From a virus: a stretch of 64,000 bases of DNA. Of this stretch, positions 44,582 to 54,013 are shown in pieces (position 1 is the first letter of the stretch; each line of letters opens with the position of its first letter). Location of the stretch: positions 1 to 64,000 of IMG/VR virus record IMGVR_UViG_3300022221_000006. The stretch is one strand, 5' to 3'. Below the pieces are notes generated by a model that was not told where the DNA came from, did not search any database, and was given only the letters and a program-made list of their open reading frames with translations. The position numbers and the translations under genes were made by a program.

Positions 44582-46837
44582 ATGATAAAACAAAAGATAA
44601 TTCTGACAACAACAAAAAGGATAGCAAAGGAAATTGCACCACAAAACCCCCTAATATATCTAAAAGAACATGATGTCGAAAAGTATATTAATGAATTAAT
44701 CTCGACAGTCTATCTGTTCACACGCCCTAAGAAGGGTTCATCGGACCCTCTCTATATGGTTGAAATTATATCGGCTATCGGACATCGGGTCAGAGGAAAG
44801 TTAGGACTTAGAAAAGACTCAGCGTTAGCAGCTAAAACAGGAGCGTTTCTTTTATATACATTCGAAGTACTTAATATCATCCATGTTATCCTTGGAGCTG
44901 GTAGACGTGGACATAATGCGTACATTGTAGATGTTTTGGACGATGCTACGATAAATGAACTATGGAAGGAGCTAGGTGACCGCGAGATCGAGAAGTTACC
45001 TGCGCTACAGCCGCATCAGGATTGGAAGCATTCAAGGCATCCTACAGGAATGCTTATGGTAAAAACAGGATGTAAAGAGACACTTGAATCACTAACACCT
45101 CAAACACATCCTATCGTCTTCAACGTCCTGAACAGAGCTCAACAAGTAGGTTGGCGAATAAATACGGAGATTCATCACTTACAACAATGGGCACTAAAGT
45201 ACAAAACAGTCGCCTTTGCAGATATATGGGAACAACAAAACCCTGAAGCGCGTGCTACAAAATTAAGAGAGGCTCGATCTATTGACTCGATTGCGAGTAA
45301 ATACCTAGGGACAACCTTCTATCATCTCTATTACTATGACTTCAGAGGTCGTAAGTATGCAGCCACTGCTTATCTACACGAACAAGGAAGTGATGTAGCG
45401 AAAGGTCTCTTGCTCAGAGATGATAAGAAGCGAATAGGAAAAGAAGGATTTTTCTGGCTACTTGTGAGTATCGCCTCTAACTGGGGCGGTGAGAGTGGTC
45501 GTGAAGATGGATTGAAAACAGATAAAATACCTCTTGAAGAAAGGTATCAATGGGCGCTCGCAAATGAGGATATTTTATTGTCCTACGCGAAATCACCTAA
45601 AGTGAATCAGGGATGGATGAAAGCTGATAAGCCCTGGCAATTTATAGCAGCGTGTTTTGAGCTAAGGTCTTGTTACCGATGGGCTAAGTATGACCATACT
45701 AAGCATGATCACCTAAAGGAGGAAATCTATGAATATGAGTCTCATCTTGAGTGCTTTATTGATGGTAGTAACAATGGCTCTCAGCATCTATGTGCGCTTA
45801 CACGCGACGAAGTTACGGCTCCTCACGTTAATCTTGTGCCACTTGATTATCCTGGGGACCTCTATAAATATGTTGCAGATCATGTTTGGGACAGCTTAGA
45901 GGCTCAAGTTAATCTCCTGACAGAAGCTGAAGTTGAAATTTGTGAAAAGTTCATAGATGATCTGGTCGTGCACAAAAAGCGAATAAACAGTGCGCCCCGT
46001 GGTAGCGAAATCAAAAGGCTCCTTGTGGATAAGATACGAAAGTTTAAGGAGGAACATGGACTTTTAATGGTGCTTGTAGCTCCTGTATTTTGGTTTAGAA
46101 TCCAGGATGCTAAGGAGAAACGTAAGATTGTGAAGAGAAACACAATGACGCTTCCCTATGGCGGAACACCCTATGGACTTGGACAACAGATCATTGATGA
46201 TGCTAAGAAACATGGGATTGAACAACTCCTATATATGGAACATAGCTGGGGCGCTTTCTTAGGAAGAGAAGTATTTAAAAACTGCCAGGAAGCTCTTAAA
46301 CGACCTATGCAACTCCTTGATATCTTTGAGAAGGCAGGGAAGCTAGCAGAAGCCGAAGAGAGATTCTTAAAATGGACTGTACCAATAACAAACTTCCCGG
46401 TAGTGCAGCACTACACGGAAGGTCGTGTGAAGAAGATATGGGTTCAGTACGGACCGCCTAAAGGAACCAGAAATTCAACAGGTTACTTTACAAACACCTT
46501 ACAATTGCATATTTGCTTTGTAGAAGATCCACAACCATCGAAGCGCAAACAAGCACAGGGAGCTTCTCCTAATGCCATTCACAGCCTAGATGCAGCACAC
46601 TTAATGCTTACAGTAGATGAGGCACCTTTTCCAATAACAACTGTTCATGATTCTTTTGGATGTTTGTTAGCTGATATGCCTGAACTGTACAAACTAATAC
46701 GTGAAACATTCGTAGAACTCCATGAGGTCAATCCACTCTATTCATTGTTTGAACAGATAGGAGGCGACATCTCAGACGTTGATCTGGGGAATCTTGATAT
46801 CAATTTGATACTTGATTCAGAATATTGTTTTTCATAG
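44582..46837 (+). CDS. T7-like single-subunit DNA-directed RNA polymerase (stand-alone)
   Basis: DFRGRKY, KPWQF.A, motif A DGSNNGSQH, motif B RKIVKRNTMTLPYG, PNAIHSLDAAHL, motif C VHDSFG. Confidence 0.95.
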   Translation: MIKQKIILTTTKRIAKEIAPQNPLIYLKEHDVEKYINELISTVYLFTRPKKGSSDPLYMVEIISAIGHRVRGKLGLRKDSALAAKTGAFLLYTFEVLNIIHVILGAGRRGHNAYIVDVLDDATINELWKELGDREIEKLPALQPHQDWKHSRHPTGMLMVKTGCKETLESLTPQTHPIVFNVLNRAQQVGWRINTEIHHLQQWALKYKTVAFADIWEQQNPEARATKLREARSIDSIASKYLGTTFYHLYYYDFRGRKYAATAYLHEQGSDVAKGLLLRDDKKRIGKEGFFWLLVSIASNWGGESGREDGLKTDKIPLEERYQWALANEDILLSYAKSPKVNQGWMKADKPWQFIAACFELRSCYRWAKYDHTKHDHLKEEIYEYESHLECFIDGSNNGSQHLCALTRDEVTAPHVNLVPLDYPGDLYKYVADHVWDSLEAQVNLLTEAEVEICEKFIDDLVVHKKRINSAPRGSEIKRLLVDKIRKFKEEHGLLMVLVAPVFWFRIQDAKEKRKIVKRNTMTLPYGGTPYGLGQQIIDDAKKHGIEQLLYMEHSWGAFLGREVFKNCQEALKRPMQLLDIFEKAGKLAEAEERFLKWTVPITNFPVVQHYTEGRVKKIWVQYGPPKGTRNSTGYFTNTLQLHICFVEDPQPSKRKQAQGASPNAIHSLDAAHLMLTVDEAPFPITTVHDSFGCLLADMPELYKLIRETFVELHEVNPLYSLFEQIGGDISDVDLGNLDINLILDSEYCFS

Positions 46838-46849
46838 GAAACGTAACGA

Positions 46850-47494
46850 ATGAAGCAAATCAAACACACGCGTGAATTAAACAAAGAGGAGCTAGGACCT
46901 CTATATGACTATATCCTAGGGCTGAATGAACAGCTGCCTCTGGATATTGAGCTTGGACTTTATATCGAAATGGATCAATACCTGGGAGGCGACCTGTTTA
47001 TTGTCGACAACGTTCGAGACTTTCGTCTGATAGGTGCCGCAGGTCTGGTAGATAGTCTGGATTTCTTAACCGAACCAAATCTTGCAACTGTGCCCCAGGC
47101 GTATGATCACGCAGAATATATCCTGGAAGGAGCCTACGCGGTCTTATGGGTTTTGTGCAATAATGCAGGAGGACCGAACTTTATTATCCCTCGTTACTTT
47201 GCGCAGATGGAACCTAATGTACATCGTTCAATACGTCTCACTGAGAATTCATTGGCAGCTGACGTAGTCCCTGATAAAGAGACTGAAAGAGAAGTGATAG
47301 TTGAAAGTCACGAGGAGCCTTCTGACGAAGTTATAGACTCTCGAAAAGAAAGAGCGATGGATGATGGACCTGATTATGAAGATGGACCTGAGTTTGAAGG
47401 ATATGAAGAGCGTTGTGACAATGACGCATCTGACCCTTTCGAAGGAATGAGCGATAGAAACGAAGAGGATCAAAAGACTGATCCCGAACTATAA
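46850..47494 (+). CDS. hypothetical acidic protein
   Basis: AGGA RBS; NNAGGP motif; acidic tail. Confidence 0.65.
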   Translation: MKQIKHTRELNKEELGPLYDYILGLNEQLPLDIELGLYIEMDQYLGGDLFIVDNVRDFRLIGAAGLVDSLDFLTEPNLATVPQAYDHAEYILEGAYAVLWVLCNNAGGPNFIIPRYFAQMEPNVHRSIRLTENSLAADVVPDKETEREVIVESHEEPSDEVIDSRKERAMDDGPDYEDGPEFEGYEERCDNDASDPFEGMSDRNEEDQKTDPEL

Positions 47495-47497
47495 GCA

Positions 47498-47707
47498 ATG
47501 ATGCTGATAACACGAAAAGATCCATTCACCGGCGTAGTGAATGAGATGACACTTGATATTACTCGCAAACAATTGGACAGATGGGAGAAAGGAGGAGAAC
47601 TGATACAGAATGTATTTCCAACTTTGTCCCCTGATGAACGCGAATTTCTCATGACTGGAATAACACCAGATTCGTGGGATGAACACTTAGGTAATGATCA
47701 AGAATGA
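47498..47707 (+). CDS. small phage protein
   Basis: LIQNVFP.L..DEREFLMTGIT...WD. Confidence 0.65.
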   Translation: MMLITRKDPFTGVVNEMTLDITRKQLDRWEKGGELIQNVFPTLSPDEREFLMTGITPDSWDEHLGNDQE

Positions 47708-48318
47708 GTAGAACAATAATAGTAGAGAACTGTGAACTTTGGTACTGTAAACTGGACCCAAAGTTCCCCAATAAAAAGTTCAGCAAAAAGAATCCGGCTT
47801 GGGAAATACAAATCCGGACAAAAGTAAAAGAGGTCGCTGATTTATGGCGGGAATCAGACCTCCGCGTCAAAAGGATTATTCCTGAAGATGCTGATGAGAA
47901 TCCAATCATTGAGGATGCTTATTGGCGTGTGAATCTCAGGAAACGATCCATCAAGGCCGATGGAGACCCAGCAAATCCAGTGGATGTTGTCGATGGTAAT
48001 CTAGACGAGATCGATGCAAGATCGTTAGGAAACGGTTCAGTCGGAAACCTTCGTATCTTTCAATATGAATACGAGAATGACGACGATGATAAAGGTATTG
48101 CAAACATGCTCATGGGTATCCAGGTAACAAAGCATGTTGTGTACAAACCTAAAGAACAGGCGGCTTTTGGTCAAACTACGACTGAAGTCATAACGCCAGT
48201 TGAAGACCCAGATGAGAAAGAAAATCCCTGGGATAGTTCTGACGATGAGTCAGAAGATGCTAAAGAAAAGAAACCTATTAAAGTGGGATCGAAAGACGAT
48301 GAGACTAAAGACTTCTAA
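47704..48318 (+). CDS. single-stranded DNA-binding protein (T7 gp2.5-like)
   Basis: P..VD.......LGNGS...; acidic C-tail ending in Phe; lies before DNA polymerase. Confidence 0.75.
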   Translation: MSRTIIVENCELWYCKLDPKFPNKKFSKKNPAWEIQIRTKVKEVADLWRESDLRVKRIIPEDADENPIIEDAYWRVNLRKRSIKADGDPANPVDVVDGNLDEIDARSLGNGSVGNLRIFQYEYENDDDDKGIANMLMGIQVTKHVVYKPKEQAAFGQTTTEVITPVEDPDEKENPWDSSDDESEDAKEKKPIKVGSKDDETKDF

Positions 48319-48337
48319 AGTCTAGCTCGTTATCTCG

Positions 48338-48397
48338 ATGCCTGCTAAAATACATACTGTAAAATGCACCTAAAAGGCATGCCGGAATCGTAACCGG
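48338..48397 (+). repeat. intergenic two-hairpin motif, copy 1
   Basis: ATGCC...GGCAT-G-CCGG AATCGTAA CCGG. Confidence 0.6.
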
Positions 48398-48434
48398 TAA
48401 ATTTAATTAAATCAATTAAAGCAGGAAAATACGA

Positions 48435-48935
48435 ATGAGTGAATATAAAATATGCTTTATCAAGGGTGATGAAGTATTAAGAACTGTAAAGGCAACCTGT
48501 CTCGAAGGTATCAAAGCTTCAGATGTCCAGGGAAAGAAACGTGTCGAAGTCTACGAGACGGTATCAAGAAAAGAATATCATGTCGCAACCATCGTAGGAT
48601 CGATTTCGTTGAATTTCTGGAAGTCAAAGTTGGCTACGCCAGACCTGCCGAGCGACGAAAAAGACAATCTAGCAATAAATCCTGGACATTACCAGGGATA
48701 CATTGCCGATATGCAATGGTGGGAGACGGAGCAGTATCTTGCAAAGGATTTTCAAAGTGTCTCTCTCAATCAGGTACGTAAGTACATTGCGCGAGTCGGT
48801 AAGAAGGATGATGAGCTGCAGGAGCTTTTAAAGGCAAAATGGTATCTTGACTTCCAAATTGCGAAGATGATCAATAACAATGAACCTATTCGAGTTGCAG
48901 ATGTCCAATCGCTGATTGCCAGCTATAAGGTATAA
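48435..48935 (+). CDS. DUF3310 / T7 gp1.7-like nucleotide kinase domain protein
   Basis: INPGHY...KY..R.GKK....QEL.KA.WYL. Confidence 0.75.
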   Translation: MSEYKICFIKGDEVLRTVKATCLEGIKASDVQGKKRVEVYETVSRKEYHVATIVGSISLNFWKSKLATPDLPSDEKDNLAINPGHYQGYIADMQWWETEQYLAKDFQSVSLNQVRKYIARVGKKDDELQELLKAKWYLDFQIAKMINNNEPIRVADVQSLIASYKV

Positions 48936-48948
48936 CACCTAGGAGGCT

Positions 48949-49131
48949 GTGATGATCAGTGACGACAGAAAAGCTTTTGAAGAATGGATACAGAAACCGC
49001 CTTATGAGGAAAATACTCCGAGATACACAGAAAAGGATAGCTGGCCTGGTCAATACCAGAGTATCAATGTGCAACTCGCATGGGAGGCTTGGCAAGCGGG
49101 TCAAAACTTAGGACATGCAGGAGAAAACTAA
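48949..49131 (+). CDS. small hypothetical protein
   Basis: AGGAGG RBS; R.AFE.W...Y....VQ.AWEAWQA. Confidence 0.6.
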   Translation: MMISDDRKAFEEWIQKPPYEENTPRYTEKDSWPGQYQSINVQLAWEAWQAGQNLGHAGEN

Positions 49132-51137
49132 TGTTCAGACTGGTTTTTGATATTGAAGGCGATGGGTTCCTAAGAGATGTAACACGGATGTGGACGATCA
49201 TTATCCATAACTTAACCACAGGCGAGCGCGTGGAATTCCTTGAGAATGACCTAGGCTGGCAGGATTATTTTAATAATAATGTGGGGATTGTAGTTGGGCA
49301 TAACATTTTAGGATATGATGTTCCTGTCCTAGAAAAACTCTTTGGGTATAAATTCCCAAAAGAAACTCAATTTCATGACACGCTTTTGATGTCACAGATT
49401 CTTGACTACCGGCGATTCGGCTACCAAGGGCACTCACTAGCGGTGTGGGGTAAATCACTAAATTATCCAAAAATTGACTTCCACGACTTCTCAAAATGGA
49501 CTCCTGAGATGTCTAAGTATTGTCACCAAGACGTAAATCTTAACGTTGAGGTGTATAAAATTCTAATACAAGAATATTATGATTTGTTTGACAAACTTGA
49601 GAAAGATGAGGGAACAGGTCATAGAATAAAAACATTTCTTCAGGCTGAACATGCTGCCACTACTTGGCAAGCTCAGGCTGAATTGCACGGCTGGCCCTTC
49701 GACAAAGAAGGAGCTATTGAACTCTTCGGTAAGTTAGAGGAGGAACTGACTGAAATTCGGGATAAATTAGAAGGAGTCTTAGGCTCAAAGTCAATTGCAA
49801 TCGACAAGGTAAAAGGAATTGTGCCTCACAAAGAACCTAAGTGGGTTGCTACAGGGTACTATCATGCACATACTGCGCAGTGGTTTGGTATCGATCCTCG
49901 CTGCGGTTCTGATCTTTCTACAAAAGAGGCTCGTATGATCATAGCCTCCGGCGAATATGAGGAGGAAGATGAAATAATGAAGATGGCTCAGGCTATCCTG
50001 ACGCATGGTGAGCGACCGATTACAGGCCCGTATTGTAGAGTAGACTTCCAGAAACTAAAGTTAAGCTCTGTCGCAGATGTTAAAATTTATCTATATCGAC
50101 ATGGATGGGAACCCTCCGAATGGAACACTAAATGGAATCCTGCTACTAAAAAGAATGAAAACACTTCACCTAAAATCATTGATGACGATCTCGATCTTTT
50201 AGGCGAAAACGGAAGGTTGTATCGAGCCTTTACAACAGCAGAATCTCGATACAGTATAGTAAAAACATGGATTGAAAACGTTGATGACAATGGAATGCTT
50301 CATGGAAACTCAAGGATGATAGGAACGCCGAGTATGCGCGCTACACACCAGATCATTGTAAATGTACCCTCTGGAGAGCTTAAGGATGATGGAACTCCTG
50401 TTAGTAAATGGGGTCCTGAGATGAGAGCCTTGTTTAGGTCAAAGCCAGGCTGGAAATGCATAGGATGTGATTCAAAAGGCAACCAGGCGCGAGGTCTCGC
50501 ACACTATCTAGGAGATCAGGAGTTTATAGACGTAATCCTGCACGGTGATATTCATGCATACAACGCCGTTAAATTAACCGAAGCATTGTCGAAGATGGGT
50601 GTACAGCACACGGTACCAAGAAGTGCCGCAAAGAGAATCCTGTATGCCTTCCTATTTGGAGCTTCAGGTAAGAAGCTGTGGAGCTATATATTTGGCACCT
50701 TCAATGCAACTAAAGGAAATAAGTTAAAAAAGGAGTTTATTAAAGCAGTACCTGGGTTTGAAGACCTTAACAAAAAGCTGGAGAATATCTATGGAAGCAC
50801 CTCAAAGTTTGGATACGGCTACATTCCTTCAATGGTTGGTAATAGAATTTATGTTGATTCTTTTCATAAACTTCTTGTATATTTACTACAATCCCTTGAA
50901 AAGATTACATGTAGCACTGCGGTTATGCTCACTATGCAGCGTCTGGAGGAAGAAAGTATTCCATACATCCCTCTCATCTACTATCATGATGAGGAGGATT
51001 TCATGGTACCAGAAGAATTTGCAGAACGTGCAGCTGAAATAGGTTCAGGCGCCTTCAAGGATGCGGCGCTCCTATATGATATCAAAATAATGGATGGTGA
51101 TGCAAAGATCGGCGACAGCTGGCTAGATATTCATTAA
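49131..51137 (+). CDS. family A DNA polymerase (T7 gp5-like)
   Basis: ExoI FDIE, ExoII GHNILGYD, ExoIII YCHQDV; motif A GCDSKGNQAR, motif B RSAAKRILYAFLFG, motif C YHDE. Confidence 0.95.
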   Translation: MFRLVFDIEGDGFLRDVTRMWTIIIHNLTTGERVEFLENDLGWQDYFNNNVGIVVGHNILGYDVPVLEKLFGYKFPKETQFHDTLLMSQILDYRRFGYQGHSLAVWGKSLNYPKIDFHDFSKWTPEMSKYCHQDVNLNVEVYKILIQEYYDLFDKLEKDEGTGHRIKTFLQAEHAATTWQAQAELHGWPFDKEGAIELFGKLEEELTEIRDKLEGVLGSKSIAIDKVKGIVPHKEPKWVATGYYHAHTAQWFGIDPRCGSDLSTKEARMIIASGEYEEEDEIMKMAQAILTHGERPITGPYCRVDFQKLKLSSVADVKIYLYRHGWEPSEWNTKWNPATKKNENTSPKIIDDDLDLLGENGRLYRAFTTAESRYSIVKTWIENVDDNGMLHGNSRMIGTPSMRATHQIIVNVPSGELKDDGTPVSKWGPEMRALFRSKPGWKCIGCDSKGNQARGLAHYLGDQEFIDVILHGDIHAYNAVKLTEALSKMGVQHTVPRSAAKRILYAFLFGASGKKLWSYIFGTFNATKGNKLKKEFIKAVPGFEDLNKKLENIYGSTSKFGYGYIPSMVGNRIYVDSFHKLLVYLLQSLEKITCSTAVMLTMQRLEEESIPYIPLIYYHDEEDFMVPEEFAERAAEIGSGAFKDAALLYDIKIMDGDAKIGDSWLDIH

Positions 51138-51178
51138 TCTAGGGAAACTAAATTTGAACCTTTTTAACAGGACATTTT

Positions 51179-51427
51179 GTGGCTAAATTTAAAAAAGTAC
51201 GCAAGGCTCGACTTTTCAGGGCACTTGCAATAAAACTTACGATGATGCGATCGTACAAGCACATGTACCCAGCACCTATGCGTCTCAAGCTCATTGAAGC
51301 GATAAATGAGTTAGGGAACTCGGGACATCGTATTCGTATGGACCTCTATCGAAAGCTCACTGAGCCAGTTCTCAAAGATGAGTTTTACAGGCCTCTCCGC
51401 GTGGCGTACCACAAGCGCGGGCGTTAA
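51179..51427 (+). CDS. small basic protein
   Basis: AGGA RBS, GTG start, Arg/Lys-rich. Confidence 0.5.
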   Translation: MAKFKKVRKARLFRALAIKLTMMRSYKHMYPAPMRLKLIEAINELGNSGHRIRMDLYRKLTEPVLKDEFYRPLRVAYHKRGR

Positions 51428-51488
51428 ATCCAACAGTTCGTATAAAAGTTGGTCACACTCCAGGTATGCTCTGGAATTGTGTAAGAAG

Positions 51489-51522
51489 CTATCGCTAGCA
51501 ACGATGCCGGAAAAGTAACCGT
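51489..51522 (+). repeat. intergenic two-hairpin motif, copy 2
   Basis: CTATCGCTAGCAACGATGCCGGAAAAGTAACCGT. Confidence 0.6.
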
Positions 51523-51676
51523 GCTTTTAACCAGGAAACTATTTGGAGGAAATAATATGCCTGAATAATAAGTAACTGCAACGAAGTGCAGCTCTCTAAA
51601 ACAAATACTACTAGCTAGCATAGGGCGCAATCCACAGGGGATATCTATGCAGAAACACCTACCAAAAATCTCATGC

Positions 51677-51721
51677 GATGTCTAGAAAATCCCGCGCTGA
51701 CATCCCGGATAACGTAACCGG
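51677..51721 (+). repeat. intergenic two-hairpin motif, copy 3
   Basis: GATGTC...GACATC-CCGG ATAACGTAA CCGG. Confidence 0.6.
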
Positions 51722-51756
51722 GGCTAATCAATTATACAATCCGTATGGAGAGCATT

Positions 51757-52512
51757 ATGGCTGAAAATGTAGATGATGGCGGCTTTTCGTCAATTCTATC
51801 AAATAACAGAGAGAGGATGGATGAAATATCAACTCTCAAAAATAGCAAGGTAACAGGAAAGGCTCGCAATGTTGGGTTCGGCATTATTCTTATTGGGATT
51901 CTCCTAATGTTTATTGTCTTTGCAGCCCAAATTATCACAGGAATGTTTGCTCTGGTTCTTACACTAGTTGTAAGTGTCGGCGGGTTTCTGGGACTCCGGT
52001 GGTTGAAAACAATGGATCCTCTCATTCGACAGAAGACATTGAATATGCGCCTGGAGAAGATGATAGGAGAAGCCAGGGAGAGGGCGATGGAGCAGTTGCA
52101 GAATCAGGTGATGAAGAATGCTGATCGTCTGGCAAATGCGAAGGAAGCGATTATTAAAGTAGGAGCACTTATTAATAAGATGGAAAGTAAAATAAATCCT
52201 GCCGACGCTGGCTCTGCAAAGCACACTAAAAAGCTTAAAATGAAAGCAAAGATAGAAGAAGCTCACGATGCTATGAAACAAAACTATGTAGCAGCGCAGG
52301 ACGCCGATCTTGCCTTTAAAGCAAAAGTACATGAGTACCGTGAAATGGATGAATTTGCAGATATCGTTTCAGACGCACAGTCTATAATGAATTCAGCAGC
52401 AGACGGTGAGCTGGAAGAACTTCTATCACTGGAAGCTTTCGGACAGATCGAAACTAACTTTCATACTGCGGTAAGCTCTTTAGAAGCTTCTGCACTAGAA
52501 TTTAAAGGGTAA
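51757..52512 (+). CDS. membrane-anchored coiled-coil protein
   Basis: two N-terminal TM segments, then a long helical coiled coil. Confidence 0.75.
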   Translation: MAENVDDGGFSSILSNNRERMDEISTLKNSKVTGKARNVGFGIILIGILLMFIVFAAQIITGMFALVLTLVVSVGGFLGLRWLKTMDPLIRQKTLNMRLEKMIGEARERAMEQLQNQVMKNADRLANAKEAIIKVGALINKMESKINPADAGSAKHTKKLKMKAKIEEAHDAMKQNYVAAQDADLAFKAKVHEYREMDEFADIVSDAQSIMNSAADGELEELLSLEAFGQIETNFHTAVSSLEASALEFKG

Positions 52513-52515
52513 CAC

Positions 52516-52668
52516 ATGGGTAAGTCAACAGATATTCAATCATCTACACGTTGGATGTTGATCATCATTGGAATAGGTCTGGCGGCAATTGTGCTGGTAG
52601 GGCTCTCTAATGCATTTATCGGCGGATCATCTTCGCCATCCTCTTCAACTGAAGAACCATTGTTCTAA
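52516..52668 (+). CDS. small single-TM protein (50 aa, not in ORF track)
   Basis: MGKSTDIQSSTRWMLIIIGIGLAAIVLVGLSNAFIGG... Confidence 0.6.
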   Translation: MGKSTDIQSSTRWMLIIIGIGLAAIVLVGLSNAFIGGSSSPSSSTEEPLF

Positions 52669-52677
52669 GGTATTACT

Positions 52678-53625
52678 ATGAAAAAATCAAGAAAAATGTT
52701 AACAGCATTCTGTGTAGCAGCGATGCTTATTGCGAATGTTCATGCAGGACAAACACTCCGTATCGGTACAGGTTCTGAAGCCGGTACATATTTCCCTCTA
52801 GGAAACGATATCAAGGATTTCTGTGGAGGTGCTACAAGCAAGGAACTCGATGTACAGGTCAGTGGCGGCGCCATTGATAACTTGTTGGGACTCATCGAAA
52901 AGAGATACGATGCAGGTATTGTTCAGATCGATGTGTTGAAGTTTTATGAAACAAAAATAATGCCAACAAAAGTGAATGAAAACAGACTCAAGGTTGTAAT
53001 GGGACTGCACGCTGAGTCGGGACACCTTCTGATTCCAAAAGGCTATAAACCATCAGGAGGCGGCTTTGGGAGTCTTCTTTCTAGCATAGGCGAAAATATT
53101 GGCGTCAATGATAAGAAAGGTATTAGTATCGATCTTATCAAAGGTCAAGAAGTAGCCGCCTGGGGAGGGAGCACGCTTAGTTTAAAGGCTTTAAGTTCTT
53201 TCCTGAAACTAGGAGTCAAGCCTGTTGATATAAAGAAAGGTCAGGCTGTGAATATGCCGATTCTTGTTATTGAAGGACAGCCTAGTTCTGTTGTACAGGG
53301 ATACCTTGACAGTGGTAAATATACGTTGGTCCCGATAGATCCTACAAGCGTGTCATCTGTTGCGCCTTTTTACTCTGCAACAACATTGACGTATATGTCA
53401 AAGGGCAAACAGTTCTCTGTGAAATCTTTTGCAGTGCGGGCTGTCTTAATAGGGAAGGCTTCAAGGAAAGCCGAAAGGAATGTAGCGTTCTCTGAACTAG
53501 CGACATGCCTCTCTAGTAGTTTAGAGGACCTTGCAGACGATTCAGCTACAAACCCGAATTGGGAAACGATCTTCGAACTTGTAGATGAAGGTCAAATCAA
53601 TTGGGGCTATTTCCCACTCCTTTAG
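52678..53625 (+). CDS. TAXI-family (TRAP transporter) periplasmic solute-binding protein
   Basis: signal peptide; LRIGTGSEAGTYFPLG, SGG.IDNL..., GIVQ.DV, LH.E..HL. Confidence 0.8.
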   Translation: MKKSRKMLTAFCVAAMLIANVHAGQTLRIGTGSEAGTYFPLGNDIKDFCGGATSKELDVQVSGGAIDNLLGLIEKRYDAGIVQIDVLKFYETKIMPTKVNENRLKVVMGLHAESGHLLIPKGYKPSGGGFGSLLSSIGENIGVNDKKGISIDLIKGQEVAAWGGSTLSLKALSSFLKLGVKPVDIKKGQAVNMPILVIEGQPSSVVQGYLDSGKYTLVPIDPTSVSSVAPFYSATTLTYMSKGKQFSVKSFAVRAVLIGKASRKAERNVAFSELATCLSSSLEDLADDSATNPNWETIFELVDEGQINWGYFPLL

Positions 53626-53640
53626 AAAACATAACTACGG

Positions 53641-53670
53641 AGAGCCGCTGATAAGGGCGGCTCTTTCTTT
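53641..53670 (+). terminator. rho-independent terminator
   Basis: AGAGCCGC-loop-GCGGCTCT-TTCTTT. Confidence 0.7.
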
Positions 53671-53691
53671 AATAAATCATTGAGAAATAAA

Positions 53692-54012
53692 ATGGCTGAA
53701 TATTTAGATGAACACGTGGATTTACTAATGATAACTTTCGGAACACAAGAAGGTATCTTTAAGGATGGTATCCCGAAATTGATCAAGGCAATTGTAGCAA
53801 ACAATCCTGCGTGGTTTGTTGGTCCTGCTCTTCTTATACACTACTCATGGGTGCCGGTAATCAAGGATAGAATTAGTACAGAAGGAGGGCGTATCTTCTT
53901 CGACGGTATGCAAATGATACCTACTGAGCAGGTTGAGGAATTTACAATAGCGCTTGTTGATGCAGGGACGGTATCGGAAGAGCCATCAGAAAACCCTAAG
54001 GAGCACCATTGA
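53692..54012 (+). CDS. hypothetical protein
   Basis: ORF within a + strand operon. Confidence 0.5.
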   Translation: MAEYLDEHVDLLMITFGTQEGIFKDGIPKLIKAIVANNPAWFVGPALLIHYSWVPVIKDRISTEGGRIFFDGMQMIPTEQVEEFTIALVDAGTVSEEPSENPKEHH

Positions 54013-54013
54013 G

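Noticed and set aside
44512-44673. 53-aa ORF overlapping the RNAP start
   Set aside because: More than half overlaps the RNAP gene out of frame; insufficient support
50566-50579. Fourth class L promoter copy
   Set aside because: Inside DNA polymerase coding sequence and a shorter match; could be chance, so not called as a feature
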